64,000 nt of DNA from the human T2T-CHM13v2.0 reference genome, Homo sapiens, in assembly GCF_009914755.1 (NCBI RefSeq), contig NC_060942.1. The stretch is one strand, 5' to 3'. The number at the start of each line of letters is the position of its first letter. Position 1 is the stretch's first letter. Shown here piece after piece: positions 1 through 17,668 of this stretch. The position numbers were made by a program, and so were the translations under genes. The notes beneath the pieces were generated by a model. The model ran no database searches. It worked only from the letters and a program-made list of their open reading frames with translations, and had not been told where the DNA came from.

Positions 1-545
<545 letters not shown>

Positions 546-1319
546 GGAAACAGGGACAGTGGAAGGTGCTAGGAGGTCTAATGGGCTTGGCGGGTCCTAG
601 CTGTCGGCAGGGCCCTCTTGGGATTCTGCAGGGTGCCTAGCCAGTCCCAGCGGGGTGGATCCTATACCCAGAGTGTAATTGTCAGTGTGTGACCCTCGGG
701 GAGGATGTCAAAGGTCCCTCACATGTCAAAGGTCCAGCACATGATTTGTGCTTTCCTCAGGGAGGTAACTTTGAAGTCCACCTGCCACAGGGCTGGTGCT
801 TGGGAGGGAGTTGCTTTGCTGGGTAACCCCGCTGCTGCTATTGTCCCGCCTCCCCCCATGGGCAGCTCTCAGCAACCCTGAAAAAGTGACACTCAGCCTA
901 TTGCTTTCTGGGAATTGGCTCAAGAAGAAGGCCAGCTGCTGGTGCTGGTGTAAGAAATGAAGAGGAGCTGAAGAGCTTCAAGAGAGATGATTTGCAAGGC
1001 AGGAAATCACAATTGGGCTGAAGTAGGGAGGCCCCATCCTGTGTGGCTGTGGCTTTTGCCTGTGCTGTGAGCAGGGGCCGCTGCGGGGGCTGAACTCCTG
1101 GCTCCTTCCCTGGTGAGCCCGGGACTGCAGGGCTGTCAAAGTCTGTTGTGGGCCCAGGCCCGGCCTTGAGTCTGGAGGACTTTCCAGCTCACTGCAAAGC
1201 TCTCTGTGTGATATTCCAGGGCATGAGGGGATGTGCACTGTCAACAGGACTTTTTGAGTGCTTCCAATTCTGCTTCCTGATTTCTGTCATTGACAGTATG
1301 AACCAGGGCATCTTTGTAA

Positions 1320-2052
<733 letters not shown>

Positions 2053-2457
2053 TAAAACACAAAACAAAACAATCTCTAGTGACACCTGAAACAAATCCCC
2101 ACAAACTGAATTGTAGAACAGAAGTTTGGTGAAACAAAAGCTCAGTTTGGGGGCTGAAAAGTATCCTTCTCAAATGGGAGTCTTGGTGGAGATTTTCTAA
2201 GCTGTGTGTTCCCCTTGCTGGGAAACGGGTGCTCAGGGCAGGTGGAGGATTGGGGAGCCCCTGCCTTCCTGAGGCTGATCTGAGTTAGGCTGAACCCCCC
2301 AGTCAGATCTGGACTGAGGAGACCAACATCCCCTCTGGGCCAGCCTGGAGAGCAGGCAGGGTCCTGCATGCCCTGAGTCCTCTTTATTTGGGTCTAGCGC
2401 CGGAAGTTGCTTGTAACGGCAGCCAGTAAAGAGAGATGCCATCCCTTCTGTCCACAG

Positions 2458-2633
2458 GTATCGAGTGAACTTCAGACCTAGATATGTCACTAGGTATAAG
2501 ACAGTGACACAGTTGGAATGGAGGTGCTGTCCTGGCTTTAGAGGGGGAGATTGCCAAGAAGGTCCCAAAGACCCCGTGAAGACCCTCCGCCCCACGCCGG
2601 CTCGGCCTCGAAACAGCTTGAAGAAAGCCACAG
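2458..2633 (+). CDS. EMILIN2: EMILIN-2 exon 3 (C-terminal part of EMI domain)
   Basis: ccacag|G acceptor, AG|gtaact donor, 176 nt; encodes YRVNFRPRYVTRYKTVTQLEWRCCPGFRGGDC, the EMI-domain WRCCPG(Y/F)xGxxC motif. Confidence 0.96.
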
Positions 2634-3004
2634 GTAACTTCTTATTTGTGCTATTATGTATGGCCACCTTTAATATTTCCGGTGCTCCTTCAAACAACAG
2701 GATTTGTGCTTTACAATGGTGAGCTTTGAATGGCCTTCGAATAACACACATAGATACCTGCAGTAGCCACATGTGACAAATTTATTCTCAGGAGCAGTAG
2801 CAATTGTAAGACAAACTTCCTTGCAAGTAAATTGCTTTGCTAGGGCCAGCTTGTTGTGAAAGCCAATGCCTTAAACATCAGGGTAGGAAATGCCGGTGGG
2901 TTCAGACTTGTGTCACCTGGAGGCACAGCTGTAAAGAGATTCAGATGTAATGATGTACTGTTTGTTTTCACTTGGGCCCATACATCTGAATTTAGGGGGG
3001 TTAA

Positions 3005-3311
<307 letters not shown>

Positions 3312-4832
3312 ATCACTTCATCTTTTTAAGTTCAGTCACAATAAATGCAGCCTAGGTTTTCTTATGAAATTAGATGCTTAAATGATTATATTTTGCCATG
3401 AGGTGTTCTCAGGTTTGAAACTCGTAGTTCTTCCCAACATTGTCTGTAAAAATAGATTTTAAAATGACTTTTTAACTACAAAAGTAATGCACATCAATTA
3501 AAGAATGTTTGAAAAATATTTAAGGATACATAATCTCATGACTAAATGAGAACTACTGTTGACATTTTGTTATAGAACCTTACTCTCTTTCCTATGTCTG
3601 TACATTGATTTTGTTAAAGAAAAATTCATTTATCTCACAAATATTTATTGAACTTCTATATCTGTCAGGCTCTATACTGGGTACTTGGAATAAGTGAGAA
3701 AAAAGGCAGACAGAGTCCCTGACTTCATGGAAGGCAGACATTAGAGAGTAATTACAATAATTCATGACAGATACTGGGATGGAGGGAACATGACATGGGG
3801 GCTGGTGGATTGTAATCATTTATTTTTGTTTTGTTTCATTTTAGTTTTTGTTTGACAGAAGTTTAAGCATATTGTAGTTTAATAAGTTGAATAGCTTTAT
3901 AAGGACTAATAGGAAAAACAATGACCACCCTGAAACCCTTTTTCTCATTTTCCCTTCCCATGGGTAGTACTTTAAACTCTTCAGATCAATCTTTTGGAAT
4001 TTACCTCCATATCTATTGGTTTTTCATTATGGAAGGTGAGAATTTAACTCCCTTTCATCCACTCCTCAACACATGGCTCCTATCCCCCCATCCCTTCCAT
4101 ACAGTTAGACCATATTCTTTATTTACTCAGTATTCAGTGTTTACATTGTAGTAACTATGTAGATAATGTTTACAGCTGAGCCATGTGGTGTACTATGAAT
4201 AGATTTTCTTTCCTACACAGCTTTTTGATTCCTTACAGTTAAATCATTGTCTTATGTTTTTCCTTTGCTTAGTTTTCTCTCTTTTTATTGCTATTTCAAC
4301 CCAACTCTTCTCTGGCTCTCTAAATGTCCCCTCCATATGTTCAGACACAGCATTTTCATCTTCTTGAAGAAGTCTCCCTTGAGCCTTCTCACTTGCCCTA
4401 CCTGGACGGGACATCCTCTTTTCCTGTCATCACCCGAGGATCTTAACTTGCCCCTCTCCTGCTGAATTCCCTGTTTCCTGTGTCCCCTGCTCCCTCTTTC
4501 TTGGCTTAGCCCCTTGCTTTGCTTGAGCATGTCCTTTAGTAGCTTCATGAGACAATTACATGGGAAGCAAACTTTTTACCACTTTATAGTATGAACACTA
4601 TTTTTTATTCTAGCTTCAGAAATCTAGGTCAGAAATCACTTTCCTTCAGAATTTTGACAATAGTGCTCAGTTTTTCTCTAGCTTCCAATATTGCTGCTAA
4701 AAAAAACACCAAAACTTTTCTGACTCCCAGTTTTTTGTGTGTGACTTGAGTAGGTTTTTTTGTCTCCCTCCTCCTTTTATTTTGTCCTTTTAGTGGGATT
4801 TTAGGAAGGAGTAAAAAGAAATGCTTATCCTC

Positions 4833-5258
4833 TGATATAGTTTGAATGTTTGTCCCCTCCAAATCTCATGTTGCAATGTGATCTTCAATGTGGGAGATGG
4901 GGTATCATGGGAGGTGTTTGGGTCATGGAGGTTGATCCTTCATGAATGGCTTGGTACCCTCCTTGCGGTAATGAGTTCTTGCTCTGTTAGTACACATGAG
5001 AGCTGGTTGGTTGGAAGAGCCTGGCACCTTCTCCCTTCCCTCTTGCTCCCTCTCGCTCCCTCTCTTACCATGTGACACACTGGCCCTCTTTTCACCTTCC
5101 GTCATGAGTAGAAGCTTCCTGAGGTCCTGACCAGAAGCAGTTGCTGACACCATGTTTCTTGTACAGCCTACAAAACTGTGAGCCAAATAAACCTCTTTTC
5201 TTCACAAATTACCCAGTCTCAGATATTCCTTTATTTCAATACAGAATGGACAAACATA
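4833..5258 (+). mobile_element. MST-family (ERVL-MaLR) solo LTR
   Basis: Starts TGATATAGTTTGAATGTTTGTCCCCTCCAAATCTCATGTTG; ends ...AATAAACCTCTTTTCTT...TTACCCAGTCTCAG...; typical MSTA/B consensus blocks. Confidence 0.85.
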
Positions 5259-5304
5259 CTCTGAATTCACTGTCATTATAAAAAAAAATACTATTTTTAC
5301 AACT

Positions 5305-5462
5305 TTTTCTATTTTAGAGACAGGGTCTTGCTCTGTAACCCAGGCTGGAGTGTAGTGGCATGATTACTGCTCACAACCTTGAACTCCTGGACTCAAGTGA
5401 TCCTCCCACCTCAGCATCCCAAAGTGCTGGGGTTACAGGCAGAACCACTGCACTCGACCTGG
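5305..5462 (-). mobile_element. Alu monomer/fragment (FLAM/AluJ-like)
   Basis: GAGACAGGGTCTTGCTCTG...CTCAAGTGATCCTCCCACCTCAGC. Confidence 0.75.
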
Positions 5463-5927
5463 AACTTATTTTTTATTGAATAACCTATAATGGACAACCT
5501 TCCATGTCATGAAATATTCTACAATACTACTTAATGGCTTGAGAGAATGTGAGTTATTGAACACCATCCTCTACTGTTGGTCACTTAGGTTGTTTGTAAT
5601 TTTTCACTATTATAGATAATATATGAATATGCATCTTTTCCTGTTAAATTTTTGCACTCATTTCTGATTATTCACTAGAATAAATTTCTTGAAGTGTAAT
5701 TGTAGGGTCAAAAGATTCTGAGTATTTTGATACATGTTGCCAAATTATCCTTTGAAAAAAATGCAATTTGCATAGTCACCGTGGTATATGAGCAAAGCAT
5801 TTCCTTACATCCTCAATCTTCCCCGCTTTGCCGCCCTTTGTTTTTATTTCCTTTGCTTAGAATAGCATTCCACTTGCATATGATTCAGTAACTTGTTTTT
5901 TTCTTTAGTGTCTTAAGAGAGAATAAC

Positions 5928-6270
<343 letters not shown>

Positions 6271-6566
6271 TTATTTGTAGCTCTCTGCAAAAAGAATGAT
6301 TCTTGGGGATTTGGATATCTGAATTTCAGATTTGGTTTTACCACTAACTTGATTTTAATAAATAATAGCTATTATGAGCTTGTGCAAAAGTTCAGAGGAG
6401 GAAAAAACAATGATCGTTGAATTCAAATATCTACAACATTCTGAATTAATTTCCAATGTTTTCCAGTGTAATATATTAATGCATTTTATTTAATTGCAAC
6501 CTATGTTGTGTTTGACTTTTTCCACTTTATATGTCTCACTATAGTTGCCAGGTTTGTCAGTGTTAA

Positions 6567-6933
<367 letters not shown>

Positions 6934-7167
6934 ATGCAGTATTTCTTGTATCCTGCTGTATTCAGGGCATAGTTTGTTTCTTATTGTCCTATTGCTGCAG
7001 GTTTCAATAGTCTCCTTTTTATTTACCTCTATGTCTATCAATTTATCTTCATTTTATGACTCATCACTATCATTCCCCCCTTATTAAAAATTAATAATTG
7101 TTTCTTTCTTTTGGATTTTTTCCTTGGTGTTTTCTCAAAATAAGATTACCCAAAATTCAATGTTTGC

Positions 7168-7325
7168 ATTCTTCTTCTTTTTTTCTTTTCTTTTTTTTTT
7201 TTTTTTTTTTTAAAGATACAGGGTCTTGCTATATTGCCAAGGATGCCCTTGAACTCCTGGGCTCACGCCATCTTCCTGCCTCCCTAGTAACTGAGACTAC
7301 AGGCACACACCACCTCCCTGACCAG
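7168..7325 (-). mobile_element. Alu monomer fragment
   Basis: T-tail followed by AGATACAGGGTCTTGCTATATTG...GAACTCCTGGGCTCA. Confidence 0.7.
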
Positions 7326-7784
7326 CTTTCAATATTTGCATTCTTTGACGTAGTGAATCTTACTATATATGGTCAGACGGTGCTGTTGCTAGGAGACACT
7401 GATGAATAGTTGCTTTATCTCTGTTGCTTTTTGTCTCCCAAACTGCAAGCAGGGCTAAACAATGTCTGTGAGACTCTTTGAGCACAGAGATGTTAATGAA
7501 AGTAAAGGACAAAACATTCAGGCACTGCTTTGAGGATAACATCAGAAAATATGATATCATATGATATCACCATCCAACAGCTAATGGGTGGATCTTGCTA
7601 AAGTGGTTTCTTGTGGTTTTACTGTATGCAGTCAACTCTTGGGGTGTGGCTGCAGTTCACTAATATGGGAATGAAGTGTTCATATGATAAAGCGGATAAT
7701 GAATATTTCCCCTCAGGGTGAAAGAGACCATTGATTATCTAATAGGTGTCATGTACATATTATTTTAACAGCTCTAGAAGCTGT

Positions 7785-7920
7785 TCTTCTTTATAGATGA
7801 GAGGATTATAGTTCACAGAAGTTAGTTAACTTGCTCAAGGACAAACAGTAAATAGCAGAGCCAGAATGCAAGTAGAGGTCTATTTGACTACAAAGCCCAT
7901 ACTCTTTTCTACTGTACCAC
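7785..7920 (-). mobile_element. MIR
   Basis: ATAGATGAG...GTTAACTTGCTCAAGG...GCAGAGCCAGAAT...GACTACAAAGCCC matches the reverse MIR core. Confidence 0.7.
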
Positions 7921-8057
7921 AGTACTTACCTACAATTGTGTAGTGACCTGTAAGTGAAGATGTACATGTATTTTGTAGGTACCTTGTTTATTGTCTTGGC
8001 AGAATCTGGCTAAAGGTAGAAAATGTTCATTCATGTCCAACTTTATCTTTGTAACAG

Positions 8058-9983
8058 ATAATGAACCCAGCCAATTCTCAGAGCCCAGGAAGACTTTGTC
8101 CCCAACTGGTACAGCACAACCAAGCTGGGGGGTAGATCCAAAAGAGGGGCCTCAGGAACTTCAGGAAAAGAAGATACAGGTGCTAGAGGAGAAGGTTCTT
8201 CGACTCACAAGGACGGTTCTTGACCTCCAGTCTTCCCTTGCTGGAGTGAGTGAAAATCTCAAACATGCCACTCAGGATGATGCCAGTAGAACACGGGCAC
8301 CAGGGCTCAGCAGCCAGCACCCCAAGCCTGACACCACTGTTAGTGGAGACACAGAAACGGGCCAGAGTCCTGGTGTCTTCAACACTAAGGAATCTGGCAT
8401 GAAGGACATCAAGTCTGAATTGGCTGAAGTCAAAGATACTCTAAAGAACAAAAGTGACAAGCTGGAAGAGCTGGATGGAAAAGTGAAGGGCTACGAAGGG
8501 CAGCTCAGACAGCTCCAGGAAGCAGCTCAGGGCCCGACGGTGACCATGACAACCAACGAACTCTACCAAGCCTATGTGGACAGTAAGATCGACGCCCTGA
8601 GAGAGGAGCTCATGGAGGGCATGGACAGAAAGCTGGCTGACCTGAAAAACTCATGTGAGTACAAGCTCACTGGCCTCCAGCAGCAGTGTGATGACTATGG
8701 GAGCAGCTACCTGGGAGTGATAGAGCTCATAGGGGAGAAGGAAACAAGCCTGAGAAAAGAAATAAATAACCTCCGAGCCCGGCTACAGGAGCCTTCAGCC
8801 CAGGCAAATTGCTGCGACAGTGAAAAGAATGGTGACATTGGTCAACAGATCAAGACATTGGACCAGAAAATCGAGAGAGTTGCTGAAGCCACCAGAATGC
8901 TGAATGGAAGACTGGACAATGAGTTTGACCGCCTTATAGTTCCAGAGCCAGATGTGGATTTTGATGCAAAATGGAATGAACTCGATGCAAGGATCAATGT
9001 GACGGAGAAGAACGCTGAAGAACATTGCTTTTACATTGAGGAAACCCTTCGGGGCGCCATTAATGGAGAGGTGGGTGACTTGAAGCAGCTTGTTGATCAG
9101 AAAATACAGTCTCTGGAAGACCGTCTGGGGAGCGTTCTCCTACAGATGACCAATAACACTGGTGCAGAGCTCAGTCCCCCAGGGGCAGCAGCCCTGCCAG
9201 GAGTGTCAGGGTCAGGAGATGAACGGGTCATGATGGAATTAAACCACCTGAAGGACAAAGTTCAAGTTGTTGAAGACATTTGCCTGCTGAACATCCAGGG
9301 AAAGCCTCATGGGATGGAAGGTGCCTTGCCAAACAGGGAAGACCGCGCAGTACGCGACAGCCTGCACCTTTTGAAATCTCTCAACGACACGATGCACAGG
9401 AAGTTTCAAGAAACCGAACAAACCATCCAGAAACTTCAACAGGATTTTAGTTTTCTTTATTCTCAATTAAACCACACAGAAAATGATGTGACTCATCTTC
9501 AAAAGGAAATGAGCAATTGTAGAGCAGGTGAAAACGCTGGCATGGGTAGGTTCACTAAGGTGGGTGAGCAAGAAAGGACAGTGGACACCCTGCCGTCCCC
9601 CCAGCACCCCGTGGCTCATTGCTGCAGTCAGCTGGAGGAGAGGTGGCAGAGGTTGCAGAGCCAGGTCATCTCGGAGCTGGATGCTTGTAAGGAATGCACG
9701 CAGGGGGTCCAGAGGGAGGTCTCCATGGTGGAGGGCAGGGTGTCTCATATGGAGAAAACTTGCAGCAAGCTGGACTCTATCTCAGGAAATCTTCAGAGGA
9801 TCAAGGAGGGGCTCAACAAGCATGTCAGCAGCCTGTGGAACTGTGTCAGGCAGATGAACGGAACGCTCAGGTCGCATTCCAGAGACATTTCTGGCCTGAA
9901 GAATTCAGTCCAGCAGTTCTACAGCCACGTCTTCCAGATTTCTACTGATTTGCAAGATCTGGTCAAATTTCAGCCATCAGCAA
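8058..9983 (+). CDS. EMILIN2: EMILIN-2 exon 4 (large coiled-coil/leucine-zipper region)
   Basis: gtaacag|AT acceptor, GCAA|gtaagt donor; 1926 nt stop-free, heptad-rich; in frame with exons 3 and 5 (phase 1 both ends). Confidence 0.97.
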
Positions 9984-10253
9984 GTAAGTTGAATATTACA
10001 ATTCTATTTCTTGTATTTCTTTGCAGCACGCAACAACATTTTAAAAATAATTTTTTGTTCATTTTTGATATTGTTGAAACTTCATGAGGTAAAAATGTGA
10101 CAGTATTATGCTAGATTTTGGACAGTTCACGGAATGAACTAAATGCCATCAGTCCTACCCAAATGTGGTTCATAGATTGGTGCCTGAATTATCTGGTGCT
10201 GAGTAGCAATAAGATAAATATATATTCTCAGTGTTAATATTTAGGAACTTCTA

Positions 10254-10577
<324 letters not shown>

Positions 10578-12899
10578 TTAAGCACATGATCTACGTAATT
10601 TACAAAAATATCAGTTCACAACACATTGAAAATAAAAAAGGAAAACTGGTTCTTCCCACAGATGGATAGCAAAATATTATCTGTAGAATCAGGCTGGTGA
10701 GCTCAGAGTTGGGGTCAGATTTTTGGCATAACAGCTTGGGGCAGTGGGTGTTGTCCTCTCTTCTACCTAGGGAGTCTCCTACGTACCTCTCTTCAAGCAT
10801 CACTTTTTATCTGTGTCGTTATCATCTTCAGGGCTTAGCTGATGGCAGATAGGATGCTGTCATATTTGTTTCCAGACACAGACAGGACCGTGGATGAGAG
10901 CAGTTTAGGGACAGGTAGTATCTAAAGCTCCATAGTGCCTGCATCCAGGAAGCTCAGCAGTAGTGCTGAGAGCAATGCTGGCTACACCTTAGGCACTCAA
11001 CAAATGTTTGTTGAATGAATGAATGTGAATGAATGAATAATATATGTAATAAGATTTTTTTGTTACTTGTGGGTGCTAAACGCAGCCTTCTCAAAGGACA
11101 GAGCTTCTCTTGTACCTGGGTTTGTACTCTGAGACAGCCTCAGACATAAGCTAGCCCTCTCTAGTCGGAGTCTGGGCGTGAAAGGAAGGAAGAGGGAGCT
11201 CGCGTTTTTGAACACTTTCTATGTACAGCACTGGCTTGGTCACTTCAGGGGGACTGAATCCTATCATGGCCTCACAGAAAGGCTGTTTTCCAACAGGGAA
11301 AATGTGCCCAAAGTCATGTGGCTGTTCAGTGGGGGAGCCAGGATGGAAACCAGGCCAGGCTGCGTCCAAGAATTGTTTTCTTGCAGTCCAGCCATGATGA
11401 CTGTGTGTCTCCCAGAACTGAGTGCAGACTTACTTGGTCCATGGGGACTTGTTGAGGGGCCTGCTTTGTGCTAGAAGGAACCTATTCCTGACCTCCCCCT
11501 CCCTGTTTTCTTTTCTCCCATCCTTGCCTTTGGGACTTTTACCTCCCTGACCTGGTTCCGCTCTGGGTGACACAGGCCCTTGCACAAGGAACTGAGATTT
11601 CATGGCCTCTGTGAACCTTGGGATTTTATGATCAAGTCCCAGATGAGACATAAAACCCAAGGCAGCGTAGGCTAGAACGTGGGAAGCAGGCGAGCTCTGG
11701 CTTGGTCAGGGAGAGCCAGGGCCAGGTCCTGGCAGCTCAGGAGGGTGGAGAGGGTCCGAGGTAGGTGGGAAAATGCCCTGGATGTCCCCAGAGCACTGTG
11801 CTTATCTTGCAGATGACGAGTCACCTAGGCCCAGGAGGACCAGGAATCTGGCCGCCACCCGAGTGTCCAGCCCACTGCACCTCACTATTTATAACCCAGC
11901 CCTTCCCCCACTCCAGGGCCACTCAGCTCCTCTATCTCTGGAATGTTGAGTAGAGGTCACAAGACCATGTATGTGTTCATAGAATGATTGTCCCTTGTGG
12001 TGACAACGCTGTCTGGTCTGTGTCTTACGATAACAGGTTGAATCAGATATTTCCAGTTGATTTGGAACTCCCTGGTGGCGTGGGAAGCTGTGTTAACATT
12101 TTCGCATTTGTCTGTTGCAGTAGGAGTTGGGGGGTGAATTCTTTTAAAAGAGAATGTGCCATACAAAACATTATCCCTTTGGACTGAACTCATTGTGGTG
12201 AGTGTAGACTGCATGGAGTTTTGAGAATTTCATTGATTGGAAAAGAGCCAGAAATAAACAAGCAGAGCCTCCTCTGCCCTTGTCTAGCATCCAGGTCTAG
12301 GAGACCTGGAACCTGAGTATCAGAGGTGCATGGGAGAATCTGGAGCTAAGGTCACAATGAAAGTGACATGTCAATCAGTTAAAAGTCAACAGAATGTTTA
12401 TTGAGTGCCTACGATGTGCAAGGCTCTTGGGGGACCTGGAGATAAGTAGGCATAATCCTTATTCTAAAGCATTTGCAATCACAGTGGGAAAGAGACTCAA
12501 AGGTCTGCAGAGAGATGAATGAGATTGTTTGTGGCATAGCAGTTTATCCCTTTAGTTCATAAGCTCTTACTGAGCCCCTATTATGTGGTAGGTAATGGCT
12601 GTGTGGGGGAGTATGTGGATAAAAGTCTGATGGGGAAACAAGCAGACAGATGGTCACAGGAATGGGGTGTGGTGTGCATGAGCCACCTTGAGTGTTCAGA
12701 GAAGCACCCACAGTGGAAGTCAGGGAGGGATTCTCAGGAGAGAGCCCTGAGCTGAGCCCTCAGTGTAGGTATTTACCGAGCAGAGTACAGAGGCTGATGG
12801 GGTGAGGAATAAGGTGAGATGAGAGAAGCTTCCAGGAGGAGGTGTTACTGGATCTGATTGAGGGATGGGTGGGATTCAGAAAGCAGGAGGGGAGGACAT

Positions 12900-13385
12900 T
12901 GTGGATTAGCTATTTATTGCTTTATAACAACCCATTCCAAATCTTGCTGGCTTAAAACAACAAAGATGTATTAGTTTCCATTATTCTGTAGGTCAGGAAC
13001 CCCGGCAGGGCTTGGCTCAGCGGTTCTTCTGCTCTATGTGGCATCAGCTTGAGTCGCCCACTCAGCTGCATTCAGCTTGCGGTTGACTGGAAGGTCTGTG
13101 AAGACTCAGTCATATGTCTGGTGCCTCGGTGCTCCTCCACCTGGCCCCTCTCTCCATGTGGCCAACCTGGGCTTCCTCACAGCATGGCGGTGTCAAGTAG
13201 TCAGACTATGGCGACTGTCAAGGGAAAGTGGAAGCTGCTGGGCCTCCCACAGGCTAGCCCAGAGCTGGAGTGGCATCACTGCCACATTCTATTGTCAAAG
13301 CAGGTCTGCTCTTGAAGGGTGATGTGGCTGGTATGTTTGGGGAGGGAAGGGGGATTAATGGTGGTCATGATATCTACCACAGTGA
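12900..13385. mobile_element. MLT1-family (ERVL-MaLR) LTR remnant
   Basis: TATTGCT..ATAACAA..CCAAA...GGCTTAAAACAACA...TCTGTAGGTCAGGAA and GGGCTTCCTCACAGCATGG blocks typical of MLT1. Confidence 0.7.
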
Positions 13386-13676
13386 GCACAGATCCAGAGG
13401 TGAAGATGTGTGATGGTTTTGGACCAGTAAGCAGATCGCCAGACCGGGAACACACACTGTGGTGTTTCTACTCAGCCTGTTGCCCTCTTCACAGATCCTG
13501 TTTCCTTTGGAAGCATCACTGAGGTGAGGCTGAATTATCCAAGAAGCAGCCAACAGGGGAGAAGAAGGGCCTTCAGCTGATGCTTAAATAGATCTAAGTC
13601 TCTTTTATATCCTTCTGTTAAGGGCATATATATATATAGCATATGTATATATTGCATATATATAATGAATAAATAA

Positions 13677-14490
<814 letters not shown>

Positions 14491-15056
14491 TATATACTTT
14501 TGAGAAAATGGTCCAGGCAGAGGGAACAGCATTCTCAAAGGCTATGAGGAAGTTCTTTTGAAAAACCCAGAATAGTGGTATGGCCAAGCGTATAAGCAAG
14601 GCAGAAGGTCATCAGCAATGAGGTCAAAGCGAGGGTAGGAATGAGATCAGGCAGGCTTTCTAGGCTGTGATAAAGGAGTTGGATTTTAAGTACCGTGAGA
14701 AACTATTGAAGGATTTTGAGCTGGGGAGTGATTACTTCCGTTGAAATCCCTGCTCATCCATGCTTGTAAACAGTGGAGGATTAACTAATGTCCTGGACTT
14801 AGTAATCACTCAGGAAAATTACCTATTACTTAAACCCTCCATACCCTAGAATGGATGTTTAATCTATTCATGACTGAACTTTTCTCCCTTTCTCTACCTA
14901 TAAACCCCCAGGCCTCCAGCCTTGGAAGAGAGAGGGCCTGTAAACACAGCAGACACAGGGTGAAGGGCCCTGGTGGCTCCGGTGATGCTGTAGGTGGCCA
15001 CAGGTTTTTTTGTTTTTCTTGCTTTCCCTTTTTCTTGTTTTTAAAATTAGCGTTCA

Positions 15057-15404
<348 letters not shown>

Positions 15405-16977
15405 TCACAGCTTCATGTATCTCGTGTATCGATAGTTTTTTTGAGCAGAATCTCATCACTTATGAACAAATTAGGTTATAAATGGAAAGGAGGCTCGAGG
15501 CCCTTTATTCCCTATGCAGTGTAGCCACGGAGTTGAGCCCTCCTTCCCAGATGGACTCGCTCCCATTTTCACAGGTGCGGGGAGCATCAGGCCTTCACAC
15601 TCTCTCAGCAGGCATCCTCTTTTGTTCCTTTTCCCCAAGTTGCCCAGCCTTACCCCCACTCGAGTCTGAGTGACCCATGAGTGATTCATAGGGAATTACT
15701 CACAGGTATCCCCACAAGTGGGGGTGTGTCCTGGCCACAGGGTCTGCCTCCCAGGCACTGGGTGACCAGCAGAGGCTGACTCCCTGCCTGGGACCCAGGA
15801 CTGGCCCGGCCTGCAGCCCAGTGGCAGCAGCATGTGGAGAATGGGGCAGCCCGCCCTCCCCAGCTGGCTTTAGCTTCCCCTGGCCCCACACACAGGTTGA
15901 GCCTCAGCTGGACCCTGCCTTCCCACTGTTCCTCTCCCGGTAGAGGAAGGAAGGGGTGCTGGTGGCGAGCAGGAAGGGAAGGCAGAGGGACGTAGCTGTG
16001 TGCAGGGGACTTCTCTTTCCAGATGTCACGCTTCCAAGTAGAGACAGATGTCTCTTAGATCTCAGCACACTAGAGATAATGGCATCACTTCCTTTTTCTG
16101 CTCTCCCACCCCTTTCTGCTCATGTCTCTGAGTAATTTTCATCATAGCGTTTCTTTTAGGAGTGCTGCAGGTTTAAGCATACTATTTTTATTGAGTTAAG
16201 CTATAAGAATGAAAAAGCACAGCCTTGTCAAATAACTATTTAACCAGAAAGCCTGGCCAGGGCACTGCCTGATGCCAACATTCTGACCCCTTTGCCCCAA
16301 CTCAAAATCAGCTGAGTTTGGGGAGAGTTTAGGCCCAAGGTAGCATGATGGACTTAGAGTTTTATAAACATATAAAGGCTCAATAAATTGCTTATATTCA
16401 GGCCATAGGGAACTCCTGACAACTCGCCCCCTTTATCCTGTAGGCACCAGGTTTCTACGATGCCCTTTGGTTCGTGTAAACCGCAGCTGCTCTACTGCAT
16501 CTTAGCCTTGAACTTAGAGCTGCAGTGTTCGGAGAATGGAGCTTTCCCAGAGCTGCATGCATAAATGCCTCTGGGATCTTTAAAAAAAAAACAAAAACAA
16601 AAAACTCCTCGGCTCACTCAGGAGATCGCTGCTCAGCAGCAGGGATGAGGTGAGGGCCAGGAATTTGTAATTAAATTTATAACTAAAAAAAACCGCTAGC
16701 TCTAGTCCTGGAAATTGAAGGCTACCCCAGAGGCAGAGGGATCTACCCACCCCAGGTAAGCTGTGCCCAAAAAGAAAGAGGAGGTGGGGGGGAGGGAGGA
16801 CACAGAATGAACCACTGACTGACACTGCGCCACCAATAGAAGTCAGCTTTGTGTGAGCCCACTTACGGACTCGATTCTGTTCCAGTTTTTGAGGTCTCTC
16901 CTGGTGGCTTACTCATTTAGCTTTATAGTGAATCTTAAAATCAAGCAGTATAGATCCTCCTATGCGCTTCCATATAA

Positions 16978-17305
<328 letters not shown>

Positions 17306-17668
17306 CAGCTTGTGAATTTCTAAAAAAAATTTAAAAATTCCAAGAGCTGCTGATGCTCAGCTGAGTGAGTGCCTTCTCTGTCGGGGTTCTGTGATAGCAA
17401 ATTACTTTCCAGCTCAAATGTATTGCCACAGATTTTAGCACACATGACTAAAGCTGTATTTATATTTCAACATCCACGAGTTTGTACTTTGCAGAAATTT
17501 AGACGCATTTTCTATATTTAGCCCTATCCCATGAGTTTCACCATTCTTATGTCTGGATTCTTATTATTTTGGTGTCAATATGGTCCCTTCTGCCTTAACA
17601 ACCAACACAGTGCTCCCTCTTATAAGCTTGAGGGTTTTTTTTTCATTCAAACCAAATTCAAAAACAGC

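Noticed and set aside
7991-10087. 698-aa ORF as a stand-alone single-exon gene
   Set aside because: It is EMILIN2 exon 4 plus intronic run-on at both ends; the start is TTG and canonical splice sites lie at 8058 and 9983.
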